From: Candidatus Omnitrophota bacterium
GTDB lineage: Bacteria > Omnitrophota > Gorgyraeia > JACQQV01
NCBI GenBank assembly: GCA_016206785.1
Contig: JACQQV010000031.1
Location: 35,860-99,859 of the forward strand
Length of the DNA stretch: 64,000 nt
Reading direction: 5' to 3'
Of this stretch, positions 41,403 to 54,455 are shown piece after piece. Below the pieces are notes generated by a model, which was given only the letters and a program-made list of their open reading frames with translations, did no database searches and was not told the DNA's origin. Position 1 is the first letter of the stretch. Each line of letters starts with the position of its first letter. A program made the position numbers and the translations under genes.

Positions 41403-43858
41403 TCAAACAGTCTCCTCTGCTTCCCCTTCAACCTTCGCGACGGAAGTCACCTTATCTTTGGGATCAAGGCGCATGATCCGGACACCGATGGCGCTTCGAC
41501 CGACGGTCCGGATGTCCTTCGTAGGGATCCGAACGATCATCCCGTTCTGAGTCATCACCATAATCTCATCGTCGTCCTCAACCGTCGTAAGACTCACGAC
41601 CTCCCCGTTTTTCTTGGTGGTTTTAATGTTGATGATCCCTTTCCCACCACGTCCCTGAGTGCGATATTGATCCAGACGGGTACGCTTGCCAAACCCCTGC
41701 TCGGTCACGGTGAGAAGTGTGGCCTTCGGTTCCGCGATCTCCATGCCGATGACCTCATCATGCTTTTCGAGCCGAATGCCGCGCACCCCTTTAGCCGACC
41801 GCCCCATATCCCGCACCTGTGTTGCTGCAAAACGGATCGCTTTCCCTTTCCGCGTCGCGAGAACAACCTCATCTTTCTTTGCGCCGATTTCCGCTTCGAC
41901 CAATTCATCCCCCTTCTCGAGGGTAATGGCGATAAGGCCCCCCTTCCGGGGGTTGCTGAAGGCGATGAGGGGTGTTTTCTTCAGGGTCCCCAGTTTCGTC
42001 ACCATCACGAGGGAGGTCTCTTCTGAAAATTCGCTTACCGGAATCATGGAGGTAATCGTTTCGTCTTTAACCTCAAGGACATTGACAATCGGTTTCCCCT
42101 TGGCGGTACGGCTCGCCTGAGGAATTTCATGCACTTTGAGCCAATAGAGCCGACCGCGATTCGTGAAGAAAAGGATATAGTCATGCGTCGAAGCGGTAAA
42201 GAGGTGCTCGATGAAATCCTCTTCCCTCGTCTGCGCCCCGGTTACCCCCTTCCCCCCCCGTCGCTGGCTCCGATAGGTATCCACAGGAAGCCGTTTGATG
42301 TAGCCCGCATGGCTTACCGTAATCACAACGTCTTCTTCCTGAATCAGGTCTTCAATGTCAAGATCGATCTCTTTGGCGACAATCTGCGTTCTTCGCTCGT
42401 CTCCATATTTCTCTTTCGCTTCTTTAAGTTCCTGCTTGATGATCTCGAGGACCTTCTTCTCGCTTTTCAAAATCGATTCGTAAAGCTCGATCTTTTTTAA
42501 GAGTTCCACATACTCCTGATCGATCTTCTCCCGTTCGAGACTCGTGAGGCGTTGGAGTTGAAGATCAAGGATCGCTTGGGCCTGTTCGGCGCTGAAATCG
42601 AACTTTTCCATGAGCGCCGTCTTCGCCGTCTGTGGGTCCTTCGATTTTTTGATCGTCTCGATCACCCGGTCAAGATTCGCAAGGGCCTTCTTAAGCCCCT
42701 CCAAAATATGGGCACGGGCCTGTGCCTTGTTGAGTTCAAAGGTGGTTCGACGGACAATGACTTCTTTCCGATGCCGGATGTATTCCTCGATCATCTGTTT
42801 GAGGTTTAAGACATGCGGGCGGTTATTCACCAGTGCGAGCATAATGACACCGAAGGTCGTCTGCATCTGGGTGTGTTCATACAGCTGGTTAAGGACGATC
42901 TGGGCGTTCGTATCCCGCTTCAGTTCCACGACGATCCGCATCCCCTCTTTGTCCGATTCATCCCGAAGGTCCGAAATCCCCTCAATCTTTTTATCCTGAA
43001 CCAATTTTGCGATCTGCTCAATTAAAGTGGTTTTATTCACCTGATACGGGATCTCGCTAAGAATAACCGCCTCGCGGCCGCCTTTGATCTCCTCGACGTC
43101 GGCCTTGGCATAGACCCGGACGTGGCCCCGCCCCGTGAGATAGGAAGATTCGATCCCTTTTTTCCCTCGAATGATCCCGCCCGTCGGGAAGTCGGGACCC
43201 TTGATGAAGGACATCAGTTCCTTCACAGAGATGTCGGGGTTATCAATCGCGGCGGTAATCCCATCCACCACTTCCCCCAAATGATGCGGGGGAATATTGG
43301 TGGCCATCCCGACCGCGATTCCGCTTGAACCATTCACCAAAAGATTGGGAAGGACGGAAGGGAGAACAACCGGTTCCTTGAGGGTGTCGTCGAAATTGGG
43401 GGTAAAGTCAACCGTCTCTTTATCGATATCGGCAAGCACCAGCTCCGAGATGGAGGCCATCCGCGCTTCGGTATACCGCATCGCAGCCGGCGCGTCTCCG
43501 TCGATGCTCCCGAAATTCCCCTGACCGTCCACGAGGGGATAACGCAGGGAGAAATCCTGCACCATCCGGACAAGGGTGTCGTAGACCGCCGTGTCCCCGT
43601 GGGGATGGTATTTCCCGAGCGTCTCGCCGACGATACGGGCCGATTTTTTGTACGCTTTGGTGTGTTCAAGCCCCAGCTCCCGCATCGCAAAAAGGATCCG
43701 ACGGTGTACCGGTTTAAGACCATCCCGCACATCCGGCAGGGCCCGACCGACGATGACACTCATCGCATAGGAAAGATAAGAGGCCTTCATTTCATCGTCG
43801 ATCCCGACCGGGATCACCCGCTCAACCGCTTTTGTTTCCTCTTTCTTTTTATCCGCCA

Positions 43859-43859
<1 letters not shown>
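41403..43859 (-). CDS. gyrA: DNA gyrase subunit A
   Basis: 818 aa. AAMRYTE with the active-site Tyr, and C-terminal beta-pinwheel repeats. Confidence 0.9.
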
Positions 43860-46638
<2,779 letters not shown>

Positions 46639-46642
46639 GGCC

Positions 46643-47740
46643 CTATGAAGAAATCTGCATCGGGAGAACAATGTAGATGTAATTGTCTTTGGTGCGAATC
46701 ACCCCCGGCTTTTCGGGTCCTTCCAACTCAAAGGCGACGTCCGCCTCCGAAATATTCTTAAGGCCATCGATGATGTAAGTTGGATTAAAGCCGATCGTAA
46801 GTTCCCTTCCCTTATACTCGGCCTCGATCTCCTCCCGCGCCTCACCCACCTCTGCGCTCGTCTTGGAAACCACCACCTTGTCCTTTAATAAATCGAGTTT
46901 GATGGATTGAGATTCTTGGGAGGTGAGAAGGCTCGCCCTTCGTGCGGCCTGGAGAAATTGTTCACGGTTTATCCGGATCTTCTCGCGACCCTCTTTGGGA
47001 ATCACCTGTTTATAATTGGGGAATTCGCCGTCGATGAGTCTTGAGATGATGGAGGTCTCCCCAAGGTCAAAGAGCACCTGGTTTTCTTTTTTGACAATCT
47101 TGATCTCCCCTTCTTCTTGGAGGAGACGATTGAGCTCATGAATGGTTTTGGTGGGGACGATCATCCCATAAGGCTGCTTCCAAATTGTCTCGAGCGCCTT
47201 TTCAATATAAGCGAGCCGGCGGCCATCCGTAGCAACGAGGGTTAGGGACCTCTCCCCTATTTCAAACAAGATCCCATTCAATACATACCGGGTTTCATCG
47301 TGAGACATGGCAAAGGAGGTCATCCGGAGCATGGTTCTGAGCGTTTCTTGGGGGAGTAAATATTTTAATTCGTTCTCAAACGTAGGAAATTTCGGAAAAT
47401 CATCTTTTGAGAGACCGGGGAGACGGAAGAAACATTTCCCGCACTCGATAGTAACCATGTTGTTCTTCTTGGTAGAAAGAACGCATTCCTCTTCCGGAAG
47501 CTCCTTAATGACGTCTCCAAATCTTTTTGCAGGAAGCGTAATGGCGCCCTCTTCCTCAATCTCTACGTCGATCTGTGTGGTAATTCCCACGTCCAAGTCG
47601 GTCCCAGCAAGATAAAGTTTCTTCTTCTGGGTTTCAAGAAGAATGTTTGAAAGAATGGGTAGGGCTGTTCGGGTTGAGATAATGTTTTGGACCGTTTGCA
47701 CCCCTTTCAGTAAAATGTCTTTTTCACATCGTATCTTCAT
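46643..47740 (-). CDS. dnaN: DNA polymerase III beta subunit (sliding clamp)
   Basis: 365 aa starting MKIRCEKDILLKGVQTVQNIIS, with the three-domain clamp pattern. Confidence 0.9.
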   Translation of the reverse strand: MKIRCEKDILLKGVQTVQNIISTRTALPILSNILLETQKKKLYLAGTDLDVGITTQIDVEIEEEGAITLPAKRFGDVIKELPEEECVLSTKKNNMVTIECGKCFFRLPGLSKDDFPKFPTFENELKYLLPQETLRTMLRMTSFAMSHDETRYVLNGILFEIGERSLTLVATDGRRLAYIEKALETIWKQPYGMIVPTKTIHELNRLLQEEGEIKIVKKENQVLFDLGETSIISRLIDGEFPNYKQVIPKEGREKIRINREQFLQAARRASLLTSQESQSIKLDLLKDKVVVSKTSAEVGEAREEIEAEYKGRELTIGFNPTYIIDGLKNISEADVAFELEGPEKPGVIRTKDNYIYIVLPMQISS

Positions 47741-47828
47741 TCTTTCCTCTCTTTCTTTCTAAATAAAGAATCGAAGTAATAAAAGTAACTGTGTGAAGAT
47801 GGGGTATAACTTTCCAACCCCACTTCCT

Positions 47829-49205
47829 TTAAGCCTTAATCTCCAAGATGAGCTTGTGGATAAGACTTCGAGTTGATTCGTTCTTTTCCATCTCCCCGCG
47901 AATACGACTATACGCATGGAGGACCGTGGTGTGGTCTCTTCCTCCAAAGAATTCCCCTATCTCCGGAAGAGAGTGCTCCGTCAGCTCACGCACTAAATAC
48001 ATCGCTACTTGCCTTGGATAAGCGATTGCCTTACTTCTCCGCTTAACCTTCATATCCTGCAAGCGGATATCAAAATAGGCCGCGACTTTCTTTTGTATAA
48101 GATCCACCGTAATCTTCTTCTCTTCCTCAAGCAGCATCTCCTTTAAAATATCCTTTGCCAGATCCAACGTGATCTCTTTTTCAAAGATTGAAGAATAAGC
48201 CACGACCCGCATCAAGGCCCCCTCCAACTCCCGGATGTTGGAGGTAACCTTTTCTGCAATGAATGTGGTGACTTCATCGGGGGCAGAAAGACGGTCAGTC
48301 TCACTTTTTTTCCTTAGAATGGCAATCCGGGTTTCAAGGTCGGGTTTCTGGATGTCGGTAATCAAACCCCACTCAAAACGGGACACGAGCCTTTCTTCCA
48401 ACCCCTGAATCTCTTTGGGAGATCGGTCGCTTGAGAGAACAATCTGTTTATGGGCGTCGTAGAGCGCATTGAACGTATGGAAGAACTCTTCTTGCGTCGC
48501 CTCTTTACCAGCAATAAAGTGAATGTCATCAATGAGAAGGACTTCCAAGTTTCGATACTTCTCTCGGAAGGCAAGGGTCGTCCGATTTTGGATGGCGGTA
48601 ATGAGCTGGTTGGTAAAGCGTTCGCTGGAGATATAGAGGATTTTTGCGTCTCGATTTTTCTTAAGAAGAAACTGTCCAATCGCCTGCATGAGATGCGTTT
48701 TCCCAAGCCCCACCCCCCCATAAATAAAGAGCGGATTATACGAACGGGCTGGGCTTTCAGCCACGGCCAAAGAAGCCGCGTGGGCAAAGCGGTTGCTCGG
48801 TCCCACTACGAAAGAGTCGAACGTATAGCGGGGGTTTAAATTTTCCCCCTTGCGAGGGGCCTCCATTTTCTTTTCCTCTACGATCAAGGCGTCTTTTCTT
48901 TCTTCGAGTTTCTCTTCGGAAACGACGACGCCCCCTCCCGCCTCCACCACGAACTGGACCTCCATTTCCTCAGAGCCAGCCTTCTCAATCACCTCTTTCA
49001 CGATGGGGCCATACTTATCCTCAATCCAGTCTTTACAAAACTTATTAGGGACCGCAACCGTAATCGCCCCTTCCCGAAGAGCGATTCCCCTTGTCCCATG
49101 GAACCACGTTTCGTAGCTACGAGGACCTAATTTGGACTTTAGGAGAGGCAAGGCCTCCTCCCAGATCTCCTGTGCCTTTTTTTGCATATTATCCTTCCAA
49201 TTCAC
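47829..49205 (-). CDS. dnaA: Chromosomal replication initiator DnaA
   Basis: Walker A GGVGLGKTHL, the AAA+ core, and the C-terminal DNA-binding domain. A DnaA box lies directly upstream of its start. Confidence 0.9.
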   Translation of the reverse strand: MNWKDNMQKKAQEIWEEALPLLKSKLGPRSYETWFHGTRGIALREGAITVAVPNKFCKDWIEDKYGPIVKEVIEKAGSEEMEVQFVVEAGGGVVVSEEKLEERKDALIVEEKKMEAPRKGENLNPRYTFDSFVVGPSNRFAHAASLAVAESPARSYNPLFIYGGVGLGKTHLMQAIGQFLLKKNRDAKILYISSERFTNQLITAIQNRTTLAFREKYRNLEVLLIDDIHFIAGKEATQEEFFHTFNALYDAHKQIVLSSDRSPKEIQGLEERLVSRFEWGLITDIQKPDLETRIAILRKKSETDRLSAPDEVTTFIAEKVTSNIRELEGALMRVVAYSSIFEKEITLDLAKDILKEMLLEEEKKITVDLIQKKVAAYFDIRLQDMKVKRRSKAIAYPRQVAMYLVRELTEHSLPEIGEFFGGRDHTTVLHAYSRIRGEMEKNESTRSLIHKLILEIKA

Positions 49206-49480
49206 AGATTATCCACAGCCGTTCCCCATCCTCGGGAGACAAAAATTCACCTTTCTTAACTTTTTGTCGTTAGGAGGAATTGTGTTCGGGATGGAGAGGT
49301 GATTAATTACTCACAAATTATCCACAAGAAGGATCCGGGGAGCTTTCCCCCCCTTCCCTTCTCTATGAAAGGTAAAAATTCCCGATGACGGAGCCTATTA
49401 TAACAACGAGGCAGAGCCCTTTCAAGGAAATTTTTCAAAAAAGTTTTCTCTTGACGAAAAAAGAGAATCTCCCTATAATT
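49206..49480. promoter_or_regulatory. Putative oriC / DnaA-box cluster between dnaA and rpmH
   Basis: Perfect TTATCCACA boxes at 49209-49217 and 49318-49326, in the same orientation. AT-rich tracts lie at 49250-49270 and 49420-49470. Confidence 0.4.
49451..49479 (+). promoter_or_regulatory. Consensus sigma-70 promoter for rpmH (TTGACG-17-TATAAT)
   Basis: TTGACG at 49451-49456, a 17-nt spacer, then TATAAT at 49474-49479. The rpmH ATG is at 49496. Confidence 0.55.
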
Positions 49481-49495
49481 TGGTCACACTTCGCC

Positions 49496-49633
49496 ATGAA
49501 GAAACGACTGACGCGGAAATCCAACTTACGGAGAAAGAGAACTCATGGATTCCGCCGTCGCATGCGGAAACGGGGCGGCCGCCGCCTCTTTGCCCGACGG
49601 CGCCGGAAGGGCCGCCGGGTTCTTTCGCGGTGA
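49496..49633 (+). CDS. rpmH: 50S ribosomal protein L34
   Basis: MKKRLTRKSNLRRKRTHGFRRRMRKRGGRRLFARRRRKGRRVLSR. The start is the internal ATG of track ORF 49385..49633. Confidence 0.85.
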   Translation: MKKRLTRKSNLRRKRTHGFRRRMRKRGGRRLFARRRRKGRRVLSR

Positions 49634-49923
49634 AGGAAGAAACTCCCCCCTCCCACACTTCTCGAGGAGAATGGTTCGCCCTCTCTGCACACCCTCAGAA
49701 AAGAATGCAGGGCAGCATTAAAATTGCGGTTCCGCGGGCCCTCTTTCCACTCAGTACGGCGCGTAACCGTTTAAAACGGCAAATTCGTGAGGCGATCCGC
49801 CTCTCTCACCAAGAGAAGGGGAAAGATATTTTAATCGTTGTCAAGAAAAGGGGTGCACCCTCATTCGGCGCGATTCAAAAAGAGCTATGCGCGCACCTTA
49901 AAAATTTGGGAATCCTTCGGTGA
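49630..49923 (+). CDS. rnpA: Ribonuclease P protein component
   Basis: GTG start overlapping the rpmH stop (GTGA). It contains the RNR motif ARNRLKRQIREAIRL and lies inside track ORF 49480..49923. Confidence 0.6.
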   Translation: MKEETPPSHTSRGEWFALSAHPQKRMQGSIKIAVPRALFPLSTARNRLKRQIREAIRLSHQEKGKDILIVVKKRGAPSFGAIQKELCAHLKNLGILR

Positions 49924-50135
49924 AATCTCTTATCCTTTGGCTCATTACACTTTATCAGAAAGGGATCTCCCCTTGTCTGCCCCGGAGATGCCGTTTTTAT
50001 CCTTCCTGCTCACAGTATGCCTGGATGGCGGTTCAGGCAAACGGGGTCTTTTGGGGGCTTCTTTACACATTCAAACGTCTATTACGCTGCCATCCCTTTT
50101 CAGACGGGGGAGCCGATCCTCCTCCCATCGGTTAA
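49920..50135 (+). CDS. yidD: Membrane protein insertion efficiency factor YidD
   Basis: ISPCLPRRCRFYPSCSQYAWMAV is the conserved YidD motif. Confidence 0.8.
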   Translation: MKSLILWLITLYQKGISPCLPRRCRFYPSCSQYAWMAVQANGVFWGLLYTFKRLLRCHPFSDGGADPPPIG

Positions 50136-50153
50136 ACGCGCTAAGGAGCTCTT

Positions 50154-51725
50154 ATGGAAAGAAGATTCTTACTCGCTTTTGCCCTTTCTTTTGCCATCCT
50201 TTTAGGATACCCATATCTGATGGCGCGTCTTTACGGACCCCCTCCCAAACAAACACCCCTTTCGTCAATTTCACCACAAGAGAAACCTTTACAAGAGGTT
50301 GCAGAAAATGAAGCTATTGCTGTCCCCACCCTCTTTCTAGAAACCGACAAAGTTAAAGTTGGATTTCATCCGGCCGCCGGCTCCATTCAACAGGTCATTT
50401 TAAAGCAACATCTTGATGAAATCAAAGCAGAGCCTCTTGAATTGGTAAAAGTGGAGGATATAGAAGGTTTAATTGGCTCAATATGGATTGAGAATCCCAA
50501 ATTAGAACCAATTTTTTATGAGATAGTGGAGCATAGTGCTCAAAAAGTCAAATTTAGAGCGGAATTACCTGAGAAACTGGTTGTTGAGAAGGCCTATGAG
50601 GTAGACAATGAATCTTACACCCTCCATCTTTACCTAACCTTTAAAAATGAAACGACCTTTTCCCTTCCCCTTTATTACCGCCTCCTCGCCTCCTCCTCCC
50701 TAAAACTTCTTAAGAAAAAAGAGGAAGAGCGGTTCTTCGAAGTTCTCACTTCGGTTCAAGGCAAGAGGAAAAGAATTCATTTGAATCAGGTCAAAAAGGC
50801 CCCTTTCTCGTCGGAGGAGAAGCCGGGATGGGTTGCTTTAAAGGAAAAATATTTTAGCGCCATTCTGAAGCCGGAGACACCCTTCACTCGATATGGGGTC
50901 TTTGCGATCGATGAGAAAGAGAACATGGCCGTTTCGGTCTGGGCAGCCCCTCAAGACATCCCCCCAGGCGGGGAACTTCGAGCCCATTATCTATTTTACT
51001 TTGGGCCAAATGATCTCAGAGAACTACGAAAGGCAGGTCCGTGGGCAGAAGAAACGATCGATTATGGAATGTTCAACAGCCTTGCAAAATTTCTTGTCTG
51101 GGCTCTTACAGCCACTCAAGGGGTGGTGAGAAGTTATGGTCTTTCGATTATTCTCCTTACCTTTTTGATCTCGATATTGTTTCTGCCTCTTACAGGAATA
51201 AGTTATAACTCTATGAAAAGAATGAAGTTACTTCAACCAGAAGTGAATCAGATTCGCACTTTGTATAAGGGCAAACCGCAGAGACTGAATAAGGAACTCA
51301 TGGAGCTTTATAAGCGGCACAAAGTAAACCCCCTTGGGGGCTGTCTCCCAATGCTGATTCAGATGCCGATTTTTATCGCCTTTTATCAGGCGCTCGTCCA
51401 TTCGATCGAACTGAAAGGAGTTTCTTTTCTTTTCATCAAAGATCTCTCCCTCCCAGATCAGGCGATTCCTCTCCCTTTTCATGTTGGCCCTCTCGGGGAC
51501 GCGGTTAACCTTCTCCCGATTCTGATGGCGATCGCGATGTTTATCCAACAAAAAATGACCACCCCCATGGCCTCCTCGGCCTCTGAGGCTGAAACCCAGA
51601 AGATGATGGCTTTCATGCCGCTCCTTTTCGGCTTCATTTTTTACGGTCTCCCTTCCGGCCTTGTGCTCTACTGGCTTACGAACAATATCATCATGATTGT
51701 GAACCAGAAACTTATTTTCAAATAA
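50154..51725 (+). CDS. yidC: Membrane protein insertase YidC
   Basis: 523 aa with an N-terminal TM helix, a periplasmic domain, and the conserved C-terminal 5-TM core (GCLPMLIQMPIFIAFY). Confidence 0.9.
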   Translation: MERRFLLAFALSFAILLGYPYLMARLYGPPPKQTPLSSISPQEKPLQEVAENEAIAVPTLFLETDKVKVGFHPAAGSIQQVILKQHLDEIKAEPLELVKVEDIEGLIGSIWIENPKLEPIFYEIVEHSAQKVKFRAELPEKLVVEKAYEVDNESYTLHLYLTFKNETTFSLPLYYRLLASSSLKLLKKKEEERFFEVLTSVQGKRKRIHLNQVKKAPFSSEEKPGWVALKEKYFSAILKPETPFTRYGVFAIDEKENMAVSVWAAPQDIPPGGELRAHYLFYFGPNDLRELRKAGPWAEETIDYGMFNSLAKFLVWALTATQGVVRSYGLSIILLTFLISILFLPLTGISYNSMKRMKLLQPEVNQIRTLYKGKPQRLNKELMELYKRHKVNPLGGCLPMLIQMPIFIAFYQALVHSIELKGVSFLFIKDLSLPDQAIPLPFHVGPLGDAVNLLPILMAIAMFIQQKMTTPMASSASEAETQKMMAFMPLLFGFIFYGLPSGLVLYWLTNNIIMIVNQKLIFK

Positions 51726-51728
51726 CCC

Positions 51729-51744
51729 TGTTTCACGTGAAACA
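51729..51744. promoter_or_regulatory. Perfect 16-bp palindrome TGTTTCACGTGAAACA overlapping the mnmG start codon
   Basis: Positions 51729-51744 are exactly self-complementary. The mnmG ATG is at 51744-51746. Confidence 0.4.
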
Positions 51745-53585
51745 TGTTTACCTACGATAAACAGTACGACATTATTGTAATAGGAGCGGGTCACGCAGGA
51801 TGCGAAGCGGCCCTTGCGGCAGCCCGGATGGGGTTCCAGACACTTCTTCTTACTATGAACCTAGACAGCATCGCTCAGATGTCCTGTAATCCAGCGATCG
51901 GCGGCCTTGGGAAAGGCCATATTGTGAGGGAAGTGGACGCCCTGGGAGGCGAGATGGCAAGGGTGACCGATCGAACCGGGCTTCAGTTCCGGATGCTCAA
52001 CACCAAAAAAGGGCCGGCCGTTTGGGCTCCACGGGCACAAGCGGATAAGAAACTTTACCAATTCACCATGAAGCATGTTCTGGAAAAGCAAGAACGCCTG
52101 GATATCATGCAGGGGGCTGCAGAAGAGATTTTGATGGAAGGGGGAAGGGTTTGCGGAATTGAGACCGAGATGGGAGTTCGATACCTTTGCCGTGCCGCGG
52201 TGATCACAACCGGCACTTTTCTTAAAGGACTTATCCATGTTGGGGAAAGTCAAACTCAGGGGGGGAGGATGGGAGATCCGCCGAGCAGGACACTTTCAGA
52301 TTCTTTAAGACGGCTCGGGTTTGAGATCGGAAGGCTCAAGACCGGGACCCCTCCTCGGGTCAACCGTCGCTCGATCGATTTTTCAAAACTTGAAGTCCAG
52401 CCGGGGGACCCTCATCCTCTTCCATTTTCTTTCTCAACGGTCAAAATTCGCCAGAAGCAACTGGTTTGTTACATCGGATACACGAACGAGAAGACACATG
52501 GGGTAATCCGAGCAAACCTTCACCGCTCTCCGCTTTATGCGGGGAGGATCAAAGGGATTGGCCCCCGATATTGTCCTTCGATCGAAGACAAGGTGGTTCG
52601 ATTTCCTGAGAAAACGCGGCATCAGATCTTTTTTGAGCCGGAGGGGAGAAACACTGAAGAATATTATCTAAACGGCCTCTCCACAAGTCTTCCTCCCGAC
52701 GTCCAGATCGCTTACGTCAGGACGATAGAAGGGTTGGAAGAGGCTCAAATCATGAGATTTGGGTACGCGGTGGAATACGACTACGTGCCCCCCACGCAGC
52801 TTAAAGAGAGTCTTGAGACCAAGCGGATCGAAAATCTCTTTTTTGCAGGTCAGATCAATGGAACGACAGGGTATGAGGAAGCGGCTTGCCAAGGCTTGAT
52901 GGCAGGGATCAATGCAGGACAAAAGTTGAAAGGGAAGGAACCGCTCATTCTGGGCCGCCATGAATCTTACATCGGGGTTCTGATCGACGACCTTGTGACA
53001 AAGGGGGCGGATGAACCGTATCGGATGTTTACTTCACGCGCAGAGTATCGATTGCTTCTACGCCAAGACAATGCCGATTTACGACTTATGAAGTACGGAC
53101 ACGAGGTGGGTCTCATTTCGGACGCGTATTATGAGGAATGTCTCAAGAAAAAAGAACAGATTCGGGAGATGATGGACTACTTAAAAAATCAGAAGGCAGG
53201 GAATAAACGGTTTGATGCGCTTCTCCGTCGACCAGAGGTAGGGATTGAAGAACTTCCATGGGCCCCAGGCGAACTTCAAACGGTTCCTGAAGCAATCCGC
53301 TCCCACGTGGAACTCGAAGTAAAATATGAGGGATACATTCAGAAAGAGATCGTCTCAGCCAGAAAAATGGTCCGCCTGGAGGAGCGGAAAATTCCTGAAG
53401 ACTTTCCGTTTGAAAAAGTGAGGGGGCTTAAGAAAGAGGCGTATGAGAAGCTTGTGAAAATAAGACCCCGCTCGATCGGACAGGCGGCAAGGATCCAGGG
53501 GATCACACCCTGCGACATTTCGCTTTTGATGGTAGAACTTGTGGCGGCAGGGAAAAGCCTTGACAGATACGATGAGAACACATAA
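51744..53585 (+). CDS. mnmG: tRNA uridine 5-carboxymethylaminomethyl modification enzyme MnmG (GidA)
   Basis: FAD-binding YDIIVIGAGHAGCEAA. 613 aa. Confidence 0.9.
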   Translation: MFTYDKQYDIIVIGAGHAGCEAALAAARMGFQTLLLTMNLDSIAQMSCNPAIGGLGKGHIVREVDALGGEMARVTDRTGLQFRMLNTKKGPAVWAPRAQADKKLYQFTMKHVLEKQERLDIMQGAAEEILMEGGRVCGIETEMGVRYLCRAAVITTGTFLKGLIHVGESQTQGGRMGDPPSRTLSDSLRRLGFEIGRLKTGTPPRVNRRSIDFSKLEVQPGDPHPLPFSFSTVKIRQKQLVCYIGYTNEKTHGVIRANLHRSPLYAGRIKGIGPRYCPSIEDKVVRFPEKTRHQIFFEPEGRNTEEYYLNGLSTSLPPDVQIAYVRTIEGLEEAQIMRFGYAVEYDYVPPTQLKESLETKRIENLFFAGQINGTTGYEEAACQGLMAGINAGQKLKGKEPLILGRHESYIGVLIDDLVTKGADEPYRMFTSRAEYRLLLRQDNADLRLMKYGHEVGLISDAYYEECLKKKEQIREMMDYLKNQKAGNKRFDALLRRPEVGIEELPWAPGELQTVPEAIRSHVELEVKYEGYIQKEIVSARKMVRLEERKIPEDFPFEKVRGLKKEAYEKLVKIRPRSIGQAARIQGITPCDISLLMVELVAAGKSLDRYDENT

Positions 53586-53615
53586 GGTTGACTTAGGAAG
53601 CCAGTTGTGTTAAAA

Positions 53616-53631
53616 TGTTCCACGTGAAACA
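53616..53631. promoter_or_regulatory. Second copy of the CACGTG-centred palindrome (TGTTCCACGTGAAACA, one mismatch), 51 nt upstream of parA
   Basis: Positions 53616-53631. It shares CACGTGAAACA with the site at 51729-51744. Confidence 0.35.
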
Positions 53632-53681
53632 ATTTTGAGAACCGTCAGTATTTTTTATAACTAATTGAAAATAAAAAACTT

Positions 53682-54455
53682 ATGAATGAAATCATTGCGG
53701 TTTGTAATCAAAAGGGGGGAGTAGGGAAAACAACCACCGCCATTAATCTCACCACTTATCTTGCGATGGCTGGGAAAAAAATTCTTCTTGTGGATATTGA
53801 TCCCCAGGCGAATGCAACAAGCGGTCTCGGGATCGACAAAACTTCTGTAGAAGAAGGAACCTATCAGGTGTTGTTGGAAGAGGTTAGACTTGAGAAGATC
53901 GTGCGGCCCACTGAAGTGTCAGGTCTTTTCATCGCTCCTTCGAATCAGGATCTCATGGGGGCAGAGGTAGAACTGGTCGCGGAACTTGGGAGGGAGGGGA
54001 GGCTTAAAAAAGCGCTTCTTCCTTTTGTGGATCAGTATGATTTTATTTTCATCGATTCTCCACCTTCCTTGGGGCTTTTGACGGTGAATGCCCTCGTCGC
54101 AGCGCATTCGATTCTCATCCCGATGCAATGTGAATATTTTGCACTGGAGGGCTTAAGCCAACTCATGCAGACGATTCAGTTGGTGCATGACCGGCTGAAT
54201 TCATCGCTGCATTTACGAGGCGTCCTTTTGACAATGGCCGATTTTCGGACGAACCTGACAGAAGAAGTGATCCGAGAAGCGAGAGATTACTTTAAAGAAA
54301 AGGTGTACCAGACCGTCATTCCTCGCAGCATCCGTTTGAGCGAAGCGCCCGGGTTCGGGAAGCCGATTGCACTTTATGATAAAAGTTGTCCTGGTGCACA
54401 AAAATATGAAGAATTGAGTCGAGAAATTTTGGCGATGAAAGTGGAGGCGGTCTAG
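53682..54455 (+). CDS. parA: Chromosome partitioning ATPase ParA
   Basis: Deviant Walker A AVCNQKGGVGKTTTAINL. Confidence 0.9.
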   Translation: MNEIIAVCNQKGGVGKTTTAINLTTYLAMAGKKILLVDIDPQANATSGLGIDKTSVEEGTYQVLLEEVRLEKIVRPTEVSGLFIAPSNQDLMGAEVELVAELGREGRLKKALLPFVDQYDFIFIDSPPSLGLLTVNALVAAHSILIPMQCEYFALEGLSQLMQTIQLVHDRLNSSLHLRGVLLTMADFRTNLTEEVIREARDYFKEKVYQTVIPRSIRLSEAPGFGKPIALYDKSCPGAQKYEELSREILAMKVEAV

